Source of the DNA: Eledone cirrhosa
Taxonomy: Eukaryota
Direction of reading: 5' to 3'
DNA: 64,000 bases
Assembly: GCA_964016885.1 (NCBI GenBank)
Contig: OZ024747.1
Location: 11,408,001 to 11,472,000 of the forward strand
The notes below the pieces were generated by a model. It had not been told where the DNA came from, ran no database searches, and saw only the letters and a program-made list of their open reading frames with translations. The position numbers and the translations under genes are program-made. Of the stretch, positions 12,321 through 23,592 are shown piece after piece (within the stretch, counting starts at the first letter, position 1; each line of letters opens with the position of its first letter).

Positions 12321-13040
12321 ATTTTTTACCTAAATCAGAAACCAATATTTATAGGATGTAATAGTTTGCTTGAAGCATTGTGGAATATGAAAATGAAAAC
12401 TGGGTCTGTTTAGGAAGCTGTACAATGCAAATGGGTTAGAATTACCAAGGTAACAAGTTGGAAGGGAATTGAGAGAGGTGAGGGAGAAAAGAATGACTGA
12501 AAGTTACCGTAGCAATTTATTAGTTCACAAAATTTATCATCCATTGTCAAAGGGGGCTCGACTTCAGAGAAATAGATTTCCTTCCCAGTTGGTGTTTATT
12601 TTTAAAACCACATCACAGTGCGTTTGTATATATCATCAGCATCATTTGTTGTGCTCATAGTTTTTGGCAGTAGTATATATATATATACTGGTTGAATGCC
12701 CTTCATAACACCAGCACCACTTTGCAGCATGGTCTAGGTGCTTTTATTCGTGTCACCAACACTAGAGAGGTTGTCTTATTGGACTCAGAGGCCCTCTCTA
12801 CCCCTCCATTTTTTACAGCATGGACTGGGTGCTTTTATTCGTGCCACCAGCACTAGGGAAGTTGTCTTACTGGACTTGGGGGACTTCTCTACCCCGCATC
12901 AATTTATTTGGAGTGGTAGCTCTCCTAGACGGGTTGCCTACACTATGGCTTACGGAGCGTCCGTCCGCCCCTTATATATATATATGTATGCATGAGTGTA
13001 ATAAGTAGAGCACTCAGTCCAAAGGAAAAGTTCACTATAG

Positions 13041-13159
13041 AGTTAGTTCCACAACAACTTAGCAAACCACACTTGAGGAAGCACTTATCACCGGACATGG
13101 GTTGAAAATCCGTCTGGTGAAATGTGTGTCCCGAAGTATGGTTTGCTAATTTGTTGTGG

Positions 13160-13167
<8 letters not shown>
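13041..13167. repeat. 127-nt foldback (MITE-like)
   Basis: agttagttccacaacaacttagcaaaccacactt pairs with aagtatggtttgctaatttgttgtggaactaact; inner tcaccggac/gtctggtga. Confidence 0.85.
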
Positions 13168-13248
<81 letters not shown>

Positions 13249-13434
13249 CACCTGTTTATGTCCCATGTGTATATACTTCCTATATACATATATATATTAG
13301 AAAGTGAGGTTTTTTTTTACAAAATGAAAAATAACCGGTGTCCTACACGAGTGAAAGTATAAAGAAAAAAAGATGAAATCGAAAATGCAACTGGAGTCTT
13401 ATTTTTAAAAAAAATATATATATTTATTCGGTTC

Positions 13435-13470
13435 CTTTACCGGTTTCGCAGTTCTTCTGCTTTTCAAAAG
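13435..13470 (-). ncRNA. Putative minimal type I hammerhead ribozyme, U3-A8 core variant
   Basis: Minus strand CTT-TTGAAAA-GCAG-aagaa-CTGC-GAAA-CCGG-TA-AAG followed by AATAAA; part of a repeat also at 26070 and 36893. Confidence 0.55.
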
Positions 13471-13550
13471 TAGAGTTGAGATGGAGGGTCTATGGTTTTT
13501 CTCACATCTCAGATATTTATATATATATATAGAGAGAGAGAGAGACTCAC

Positions 13551-13748
13551 CTGTTTATGTCCCATGTGTATATACTTCCATCAAAGCCAGATGTAAGAAG
13601 CAGACAATGATCAGCATCATATTCTATATTCTTCACCCAATTAGAATGTCCACGGAGTGTTCGTATTTCATGGCGGAGGTACCGAACATCCCACAGAGAC
13701 ACTGTGGTGTCATCAGAACATGTAGCAAACACTCGTGAATCTAGAAAC
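13551..13748 (-). CDS. DCAF10: DCAF10 exon 3
   Basis: tttcag|G...AG|gtgag; FLDSRVFATCSDDTTVSLWDVR...GHSNWVKNIEY...SGFDGSIYTWDIN WD40 repeats; phase 2/2. Confidence 0.95.
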
Positions 13749-13758
13749 CTGAAACAGA

Positions 13759-13820
<62 letters not shown>

Positions 13821-14279
13821 GTCCAAACCCATGCTAGCGTGGAAGATGGATGTTAAACGATGATGATATACATATATATATAAACAATGAGTTAAAGACT
13901 TAGTTGATACGTAATCAGCTGACTTATGTGTATAACAGATACAAAGCACTCAAGGGATAATATTTATCTGGAGTATTATGATAATAATAGTAATAAACGA
14001 AAGCTATATATTTTGTATCATCACTATTTATTTCATTATATATATTTCGGGGATGCAAAAATTTATGTTTAACATAAATCAGAGCATGCTCTCATTGGAT
14101 ATATATATATATCGCTAGCAGGGAAAGCGAACGTTAAAATGCCAATGATATATATATATATCATCATCACCGTTTTACGTCCGTTCTTCCACGCTAAAAC
14201 GGTAATGATGATGATGATATATATATATCATCATCATCATCATTTTACGTCCGCTTTTCCCTGCTTGCAAGGGTGGGAC

Positions 14280-14329
<50 letters not shown>

Positions 14330-14398
14330 GGTTGGATGCTTAAAGCGTCCGTTTGCGGTAGGCCGTTTGAACACTCGATATCTGCTTCGTAGAATCAA

Positions 14399-14494
14399 GA
14401 CGTATCTGAGGACCTTGCGATTTTCAGAGTCAGGTTCGATCATCACATCGATCGTGCCTCGAGCTGGTCACCAGAGAAACGATTGTAATATGTC
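14399..14494 (+). ncRNA. Putative type I hammerhead ribozyme with extended stem II
   Basis: Stem I gacgtat/atatgtc, core CTGAGGA (14406), GAAA (14476), stem III CGATTG, GTA triplet, then AATAAA. Confidence 0.6.
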
Positions 14495-14696
14495 CAATAA
14501 ATTCCATTCGTCGCAACACTGATTCTCTTTTTTTCTGTGATATATAATATATATATATATCATCCTCTATATATATATATATATATATATCAGGTCATTA
14601 AGTATGAAATGTCCGGTTTCGAATTGAAAGTTTAGTTTTATCTCAAAAGAGCAGTGCAATGCTGGGACCTTAGTCTTTATAGACTGGCTCTATGAC

Positions 14697-14880
14697 AGTG
14701 GATTGGCAGTATCGGTAGAGGGTCGGACGCCATGCTTTCCAGCATAGTTACGTCCCTTTACGATCTGAGTTCAAATCCCGCCGAGGTTGACTTTGCCTTT
14801 CATCCTTACGGGGTCGATAAAATAAAGTACCAGTAATGCACTGGGTAATTGCTGGCCTTGTGCCTAAAGTAGAAACAATT
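14697..14880 (+). mobile_element. SINE family 1 full copy
   Basis: A-box-like tggcagtatcgg, B box gagttcaaatccc, core gcctttcatccttacggggtcgataaaataaagtaccag. Confidence 0.85.
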
Positions 14881-14964
14881 ATAAACGATTGCATACACTT
14901 CAAGTCAGCACAGAGCCTAGAAATTTCCCAGACTTCACAACCCCTACCATTATGGTCAAAACCA

Positions 14965-15200
14965 TCACTGTCACCCCATCTCCACCATCTCTGTCACCCC
15001 ATCTCCACCATCACTGTCACCCCATCTCCACCATCTCTGTCACCCCATCTCCACCATCTCCACCATCACTGTCACCCCATCTCCACCATTTCTGTCACCC
15101 CATCTCCACCATTTCTGTCACCCCATCTCCACCATTTCTGTCACCCCATCTCCACCATCACTGTCACCCCATCTCCACCATCTCTGTCACTCCATCCCTG
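14965..15200. repeat. 23-bp minisatellite, about 10 copies
   Basis: ctgtcaccccatctccaccatc(t/a). Confidence 0.92.
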
Positions 15201-15276
15201 CCACCTGTCACACCCACCACCACCACCACCACCACTGCCACCCCATCCTCACCACCTACCTTGCCTCCATTCTTAC

Positions 15277-15390
15277 CTGACACAGTTGACACAGTCAGTG
15301 TGAGCCTGACTTTTGTGTCCAATTAATTTGGCATTGAACGGATCAAACAGCAGAATACTCTGTCGTTCACAAGCAGCAACCAGAATTGAT
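15277..15390 (-). CDS. DCAF10: DCAF10 exon 2
   Basis: tttgtag|A...AG|gtaag; SILVAACERQSILLFDPFNAKLIGHKSQAHTDCVNCVR; phase 2/2. Confidence 0.93.
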
Positions 15391-15599
15391 CTACAAAGAA
15401 TAAGACAATATATTGAGATATATATACATATATACATATATACACATGCATACATACATATATATTTTTGAGTTCTTGTATGGAATTTTCATTTTAATGG
15501 AACCCTAAAATAGGATACCCCCAACTTCATATATTATGACTTCATACCTCTCTAGAACCATGATTATGCAATTACTACTTCATATATATATATATATAT

Positions 15600-17157
15600 G
15601 TATGGTTGCACGCATCATCAATCAGGCTATATATGGTGGTGTCATACCCAAAGACTGGTGCAGCAGTATTCTCATAAATTGTTACAAAGGTAAAGTGGAT
15701 GCTCTGGAGAGGAGCAATTATAGGGGTATAAAACTGATTGATCAGGTTATGAAAATGGCAGAAAGGATATTAGCACAACTAATTAGAGAAAGGGTCAAAC
15801 TACATGAGATGCAGTTTGGTTTTGTGCCTGGGAAGAGTACAACAGATGCCCTCTTCTTGGTGAGACAATTACAAGAGAGGTTCTTAGAGAAAAATAAGCC
15901 ACTATACTTAGCCTTTGTTGACCTAGAGAAGGCCTTTGATAGGGTACCCCAATCTGTCATCTGGTGGTCCCTAAGGAAACTAGGTGTTGAGGACAGTGCA
16001 AAATTTGAACAGAGGTACTGTCAGTAAAGTCAGGGTAGGAATGGAGTTTAGTGAGGAATTCCAGATACAAGTAAGAGTACATCAAGGTTCGGTCCTCAGC
16101 CCGCTCTTGTTCATTATAGTCCTCCAAGCCATAACAGAGGAGTTTAAGACTGGCTGCCCATGGGAACTTCTCTATGCTGACGATTTGGTTCTTATAGCAG
16201 AATCAGTAGAGGAGCTAAAGAATAAATTCTGGCTATGGAAACAGCAGTTGGAAGCAAGAGGACTGAGAGTGAACCTAGCTAAGACAAAAGTGTTGATGAG
16301 TAGAAAAGAGGACAAAACTCTGATTCTGTCAGGGAAATGGCCATGTTCGATATGCAGAAAAGAAACTGGCATAAATTCTATAAAATGCACACAATGCAGA
16401 TCCTGGGTACACAAGATGTAGTGGGATAACAGGCAAACTAACAGGTAGGAAGAAATACGTATGCAGTAGATGTACAGGGAAATTAGACAGTAGAAGTCGC
16501 ATTGATAGACACATTTTTCAAATGCAGGCGGGTGCTATAGAAGTGGTGGATAGCTTCCGGTACCTAGGAGATCAGATTAGCACGGGAGGGGGTGTTCCGA
16601 GGCCATAGTATCTAGAATAAGGACGGGTTGGAAGAAGTTTAGGGAGCTGCTTCCTCTGCTGACGAAGAAGGGTTTCTCCCTGCGTACAAAAGGCCAGTTA
16701 TATGATGCCTGTATGAGGAGCGCGATGCTGCATGGTAATGAGACATGAGCAGCAACTGCAGAGGATATGCAATGGCTGGAGAGAAATGAGGCAAGTATGC
16801 TCCGTTGGATGTGCAATGTCAATGTGTGTGAACGACCCAGCATAAATGTGTTGAGAGAGAAACTGTGTCTGACAGGGATAGAATGTAGTGTACGGGAGAG
16901 GAGACTGAGGTGGTATGGACATGTGATTCGCATGGAGGATGACCAATGGGTGAAGAAGTGCCAGGAATTGCCAGTTGAAGGAAGACGTGGTAGAGGTAGA
17001 TCATGAAAAACATGGGCGGAGGTGGTGAGAACAGACCTCAGATCGCTGAAGCTCATGGTGGAGATGACGAAGGACCGTGACAAGTGGAGAGATGTTGTGC
17101 TGAATAAGACCCGTCCCAACCTTGCAAGCAGGGAAAAGCGGACGTAAAATGATGATA
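15600..17157 (+). mobile_element. 5'-truncated RTE LINE, family A (disrupted RT)
   Basis: NYRGIKL, QFGFVPG, FVDLEKAFDRV, HQGSVLSPLLF, LLYADDLVL; frameshifts and stops; (GAT)n tail; flanked by (TA)n. Confidence 0.92.
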
Positions 17158-17159
17158 TA

Positions 17160-17372
17160 TGTAAAGGGTAAACAGAAATAACAACACAATTGGTACAGTA
17201 TATGGAAGGGATATATTAGGTTAACGCTCGATATAGCAGGAAGAGGGTCTTAACGTTTCGGAAAAGAAAAAAATGAGAAATAAGATAGATTGAGGGGACG
17301 GGCGGACGGAATTGGAAAAAACGTCTTTAGATAAAAATAAATAACAGGTCCATTCATGTTGACATCGCTTAT
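17160..17372 (-). mobile_element. Penelope-like terminal repeat fragment
   Basis: Reverse complement of 48895..49112; retains tccGAAAcgtt but lacks the CTGATGA segment. Confidence 0.5.
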
Positions 17373-17381
17373 ATATATATG

Positions 17382-17438
<57 letters not shown>

Positions 17439-17749
17439 TATATATATAGTAATAATAATAATATTTATACTTATATATGGTTTATATATGATTTTTTATT
17501 ATGGAGGGTAGTACTAGCCAGTTACCAGTAGGAGAAAAGGCTCAATGTAAATTAGAGCCGAGATACAAAATATAAAAGATTTGATTGTTTTATATTTTGT
17601 ATATATATATACATACAAATAAATTATCGAGAATCGGAACTTCGGCCCACGAAATAACGAAACACAATCTTCGAAATGTGCGGCAAAGTGCTCAATGGTT
17701 CGGATCAACCAGAGCTATAACTAACTATATATATATATAGTAGGCCCCC

Positions 17750-18045
17750 TTCGATCACAAATGAGCATCATGGTTTGGGACCAAGAGAAAGTTCCCCTCC
17801 GAGGCACAAGCCTGTACAAGGTTGTTTCTGGAAGACACCAGCAATCACCCATGCACACCAGTCTCCCCTCTCTACGCCACCGATGTCGTCCAAGAGAAAG
17901 GCATTGACCGATGCCGTTTGGTACCAGTGACATCACAACTTATTTCTACAGCTGAGTAAACTGGAACAACATGAAATAAAGTCTCTCAGTGACAACAAAA
18001 TCATCACCTGGTCCGAGAATCGAATTCACAACTTCCTGATGGCAA
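17750..18045 (-). mobile_element. Degenerate tRNA-derived SINE related to family 2 head
   Basis: tttctacagctgagtaaactgga...tgaaataaagt...gagaatcgaattcac is the reverse complement of the family 2 5' part. Confidence 0.6.
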
Positions 18046-18504
18046 GCTGTAAATTCAAAGGTCCGGGTGAGCAGATCGATACTGGAGTCAGGTCAATCAC
18101 ATCAATAAAGACCCCAAGCCAATAATCGGTGAAACATATGTAACGTTAATATGTTTCAACTCGTGTACAGATATTTCATCGCTATTCTAGAAGCAGAATA
18201 CTTGATCTTTACATCAGCTCAGTCCACCAGGATGGTGACCAGGTACCATTATTTTCTGAGGGGCAGGGGAAGAGATATCTGAACTAGCGTCCAATCCATG
18301 AAGAGATCAATAATTTAACGGTGAAATAACGATGAGTAGACTGGTTTTTTGTGATTGTGTATGTCTCATATTTATTATAGTATAACCATCACCACAACCA
18401 TCACCATAACCACTACCATTACCACCATCACGTCCTTTTTATGTTGACATGTGTTGAATGGCTTTGTAATAACTTACATGTAAAAACGTCAACATAATAC
18501 ACAC

Positions 18505-18538
<34 letters not shown>

Positions 18539-19000
18539 GCACATACATATATATACACACACAATATATATACATACATACATATATACACACAATATTT
18601 ATATACAATGGTTTCTGCTTTAGGCACAAGGCCAACAATTTTTTGGGAAAGGGAAAGTCGATTAAATCGACTCCAGGCATTACTGGTACTATATATTATC
18701 GACCCCGTAAGGATTTGAACTCAAACAAGCATTAATCTAACATTATATCATCGTTGTATTGTGTAGTGCTATCGTGATTTCCTTGTTCACTTCTCTCTCA
18801 CACACACACACATATATATATACGAGAGAGAAAGAGAGAGAGGGCCAATTGAACCTCATAGATACCCCATCCCCCTATATTTGTGTGTGATAATGTTTAC
18901 ATAGGTAATTTATGCACATATGTGTGTGTGTGTATATATATATATAAAATCTTGGCGTCCTTTATCTCGCTACCAAAATAAGTAGTAGTGTGAAAGTGTA

Positions 19001-19034
<34 letters not shown>

Positions 19035-19264
19035 TGATACCTAAACATTATATAAAAGCAATACTCGGTATTTGTCAGATGTTCTAGTAATAGTGGTCGG
19101 GTTGTTAAGATATAAGAATGGAGGGCATACTAGTAAAATAAAGATACTACCGTGTGAAAGACATGAACTCGTACTATCACCACCACCACAACCATCATCA
19201 TCACAAACTACTACTACAATAACAACGACTATCAATCAGGACTGCAGCAGGTTTGTTTGCTTAC

Positions 19265-19464
19265 CCTTCTGGAGAGAAATCAAAGTTGAAGATACCTCCG
19301 TGGTGCGTGTGCTCAGAGGTCTTATCTGGTTCCCAGGTCTGTACGGCTTCGAAGCTGGAATAAAGGCCACAATACATCTGTGACAAGTCGCCAAGTGCTT
19401 GTTTCAAGCCCAGTTCCCGTTTGCGCTGCCAGCGCCACGGTTCAAACGAAGAATAAGACGCCAT
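19265..19464 (-). CDS. DCAF10: DCAF10 exon 1
   Basis: ATG 19464; MASYSSFEPWRWQRKRELG...HGGIFNFDFSPEG; donor GG|gtaag, phase 2. Six exons total 2181 nt, an open 726-aa frame. Confidence 0.9.
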
Positions 19465-19839
19465 CAGTGTTTTAATGAAGAGAAGACATTACAGAACTAT
19501 TAGTAGAAATAGGATAGAAACTAATAGAGGAAATGAAAGACAGACGGAAATAAAAAAAATATAAACAAGGGGGGAGGTAAGAAAAAAAAAATAAAAAACA
19601 CTTTGAACAGCTTCAATGTGGTAACATTGAATGAAGTTGGTCTGTGATAACTGTTAGACTAGTTGTAGTTATCTCCCTTGCTTTGTTAGCCTCTCCTACC
19701 AGGTTGTGTCATTGCTGTAATTGCAGCATTACATGACATTAGTTGTAGTACTAAAATATCGCCTTTCACTGGACATATGCCTCTCTCTTTCTCTCTATAT
19801 ACACTTTAAATACCCACTTCAGTGTATATTATATATACA

Positions 19840-19932
19840 CAGTGTGTACCTCCAAAATGTATACACACTTTGTTTACCTGTACAGGCAATATTTATTAGA
19901 ATGCTGTGTATACATTTTTTTGGAACACCTTG
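19840..19932. mobile_element. Small Tc1/mariner-type MITE
   Basis: cagtgtgtacctccaaaatgtatacac / gtgtatacattttttggaacaccttg imperfect TIRs in TA-rich context. Confidence 0.55.
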
Positions 19933-20245
19933 TATATATATACTTTAAATACCCACTTCAGTGTATGTATATGTATATATATATATATATATATACATAT
20001 ATACATACATATATATGTATTATGTATTTATTTATTTATATTCATATACAGTACAAAGAAGCACTACCTGATGTTCCAGTTGTCCAGTTATGGCCATCTC
20101 CTCAGATTGTGCATGGTGGAGGTATAGAATGTGTGGAGGAGCAATCACTTTGCCTGGAGTTACAGATCTATACACACATATATATTATGAATAGTGTTAG
20201 TGTGGTGGTTACTTACTTAACACTAGTTTGTGTATGTCTGTTATA

Positions 20246-20307
<62 letters not shown>

Positions 20308-20486
20308 TATATATATACACACACATATATATATACACACACACACGTATATATATATATATATATACACACACGTATATATATATAATCATTTTCATTT
20401 GACAGGTCTACGTAGACCAAGTCAGTGGTGCTGAAGCAGAGCCACTGATCTCCCAGGCAGGCTAGGGGTCTGTGTCTCGCTTTATA

Positions 20487-21730
20487 ATATAATAATAATG
20501 AAATTATTGTGTACAGTGCTCAGGTGCACTACAACTCGTCAAAGGTGCATGTATAGTACATAGAATAATATACAAATGTCAGGGAAGTGAATAGTGTATG
20601 AGTCATGATATACATGTGTGCGTGTGTATGGAGAGGGGGGGACATCAGGTGCAGAGTTGGCGAATCTCAAGAAGCATGGAGGTTTTAAAGGATGCAGTGT
20701 CTCGACAGCTAACAACTGATGCAGGTAGTTTGTTCCATGCTTCAGCAACTCTGAGCGTGAAAAAATGTTTCCGAAAGTCATGGGAACTGTGCTGTTTTCT
20801 GACTTTGTGGGCATGTCCACGTGTGTTAGACACATGGAAATCAAAAAGGTACTCAGGGTTGTTGTTGGCAAGATGGGTAACAATTTTGTGGGTGTTTACC
20901 AAGTCAGTTGCCAGACGTCAGAGCTTCAATGTATCCATGCCCAGGGAAGCAAGGCGCTCAGAGTATGGTAGATGCCAGATAGAGGGTATTCGCTTGGTTG
21001 CACGTCTCTGAGCAGTTTCCAGGTGGTCAATGTTCTGAGCAAGATAGGGGTTCCAGACTGGTGATGCAAATTCTAAGTGTGGCCGCACCATAGCTATATA
21101 CAGCTTTAAATAGATAGCTGGAGAGTGGCTGACAAAGGTCTTGCTGAGTGATGCTAAGACACCCTCAGCCTTCTTGACAATTTTAGAGACGTGCTTCGTC
21201 CAACGCAAATCACTGCTGACCGTAATGCGCAGGTCACATTCACAAGAAGATTTCTTGATATTAGTGTTGTGGAGGGAGTATCTGGACGCTGGGTTTTTAC
21301 TCCCAAAATGCATGGTGGTGCACTTGTCCAGAGCTAGCTTGAGTTGCCAGTCTGTGATCTATTGTTGCATTGTGTCCAGGTCAGATTGCAGGCAAGATCT
21401 ATAGTGTTCAGGATCGGTCCTTTTTATCTCAAGGTACAGCTTGATGTCATCTGCATATTTCAGTACCGTGGCATTCTTTAGTGAGTTTTGCCATAAGTCT
21501 TTTGTGTGGCACAGAATTGAAAGCTTTAGCAAAGTCAAGGTAAACAACATCCACCCATGTGCCGCCATCAGTAGTCCGGGTGATGTCTTCAAGAAACTCG
21601 ATAACTTGATCACAGCACAGCTGGAGTTAGGGATAAATCCAAATTGCGAGGGCCGGATAAGACTGTGAGAGTTCCAGAAGTTCCAAAGCGTTTCTCTGAC
21701 ACAGGATTCCATCAGTTTGGCAATGCAGCT
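20487..21730 (-). mobile_element. 5'-truncated CR1-like LINE (disrupted RT)
   Basis: YRPVSLTSCIAKLMES, QFGF, KYADDIKLY, VRPHLEFASPVWNPY, RKHFFTLRVAEAWNKLP; (ATT)n tail at about 20487. Confidence 0.88.
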
Positions 21731-21965
21731 AGTAAGACTGACTGGACAATAAGTAAGACTGACTGGACGATAGGTAAGACTGACTGGACGATAAGTATGA
21801 CTGACTGGACGATAAGTAAGACTGACTGGACGATAGGTAAGACTGACTGGACAATAAGTAAGACTGACTGGACGATAAGTAAGACTGACTGGACGATAGG
21901 TAAGACTGACTGGACGATAAGTAAGACTGACTGGACGATAGGTATGACTGACTGGCCGATAGGTA
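21730..21965. repeat. 21-bp minisatellite, about 11 copies, derived from LINE RT sequence
   Basis: Unit gtaagactgactggacgataa encodes YRPVSLT on the minus strand. Confidence 0.93.
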
Positions 21966-22194
21966 TGGTTGACACTCCACTGTGTACACAGGAGAGGTTG
22001 TCATGAGTTTGACACAACTAAAGGTCCACCCGATTTGTACAGTTGGGTGTCCTTCCTACCACCAACCACTTTACAGCTTGTACTGGGTGCGTTTATATGT
22101 ATGTATGCATGCACGGGGACATGGAAATACTCAATTTGGTGCTTGAGTGCATAGTTAGCATTCCAAGAGTGAGAGACTCCTAGTTCTTGTAAGG

Positions 22195-22560
22195 ACATCA
22201 TGCTAGGAGGGGGAATACTTTGATGTAAAACCTGCAACACGATGGCAACCAATGATGTTGACCTGTTCTTCTTTTTGGATTCTTGTCACTGTTGTTCAGA
22301 AAGTAGGATAGGTCCAGTGCAAGGCCTTTCTTCACTTAAAACAGCTTCAAACACAAACATCACTTGATCTAAATGACTTTCACGTGTGTTGCATGATCTT
22401 AGACTTTTCTTTTTTCATTTGCTGCAGCATATGCAGAAAGGAATCTAAGTCTTTGGCAGGGCTAAAAGGTCATGTTTGTGCTACTTATGTATAAGGGTGT
22501 GCTACTTATGTATAAGGGAAAGGTCACGGGATGGCAATTCTTGAAACTGAGATGCAGCCA
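22195..22560 (+). mobile_element. Degenerate copy of the short retroposon at 62645..63055
   Basis: Shared acctgcaac..gatgg..ccaatgatgttgac.tgttcttctttttgg and remnant CSICRKESKSLAGLKGH. Confidence 0.6.
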
Positions 22561-22576
22561 TTATATATATATATAT

Positions 22577-22761
22577 GACGGTGGATTAGCAGTATCAGTA
22601 GAGCGTCGGACGCCATGCTTTGATGCAAAGAGTTACGGCCCTTTCTATTCTAAGTTCAAATCCCGCCGAGGTTAACTTTGCCTTTCATCCTTACGGGGTC
22701 GATAAAATAAAGTACCAGTAATGTACTGGGTAATTGATGGCCTTGTGCCAAAAGTAGAAAC

Positions 22762-22765
<4 letters not shown>
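22577..22765 (+). mobile_element. SINE family 1 full copy
   Basis: Colinear with 14697..14880. Confidence 0.85.
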
Positions 22766-22796
<31 letters not shown>

Positions 22797-22906
22797 TGTA
22801 TGTATGTATATGTGTATGTATGTATGTTTGTGTGTATGTGGAAGTATGTTTGTGTGTGTCTATATGTGTCTGTGTGTGATGGAAGTCCACTCACTATCAC
22901 TCCTTA

Positions 22907-23091
22907 TCATCACCACCATCATCACCACCATCACCACCATCACCACCATCACCATCATCATCATCACCATCATCATCACCACCGTCATCACCATCATCAC
23001 CACCATCACCATCACCATCACCGTCATCACCATCATCACCACCATCACCACCATCACCATCATCATCATCATCACCACCACCATCATCACC

Positions 23092-23123
<32 letters not shown>
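22907..23123. repeat. (CAC/CAT)n microsatellite
   Basis: Directly visible. Confidence 0.95.
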
Positions 23124-23592
23124 GTTGCTATATTTCTTCTTTTCCTCCTTCTTCTCCTCCCATTAAACTACCCCTGTATACATCCCAACCTTCTCCCTTT
23201 CTACTCTACCCTCTCTCACTGCCCCCCCCCCACACCCACACCCTTCCCTCACTATTGTTTCCATCACTATAACATTATCTCCATTAAGATAATACCCTCC
23301 CCCCCTCCCCCTCCCCCCACCACCACCACAATATCAACATTACTTTACATCAGTCCTAACATGACAGACAGATACCTGAACCTCTTCTTATTAACCGGTC
23401 AGTTCACATCAGTTTAGCCAGTCCAGCCAGATCAATGTCTCAAATTTTAAACTGATAATCCCTCCCTTCCACCCTTCCCCACTACCTCTATCACCCCTCA
23501 CTCCCACTGCTTACTCTATCTAGTCCGACCGTCCGACTTTCCGACTGTCCGACTCCTCTCTGGATAACACAACAACACTATTGCTTTTATGA

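Noticed and set aside
14420-14495. Complete hairpin ribozyme (CCAGAGAAAC matches the loop B strand)
   Set aside because: No helix 4 or GUAUAUUAC-like partner strand; the hammerhead reading fits better.
22792-23417. PolyH ORF
   Set aside because: CAC/CAT microsatellite with no splice-supported link.
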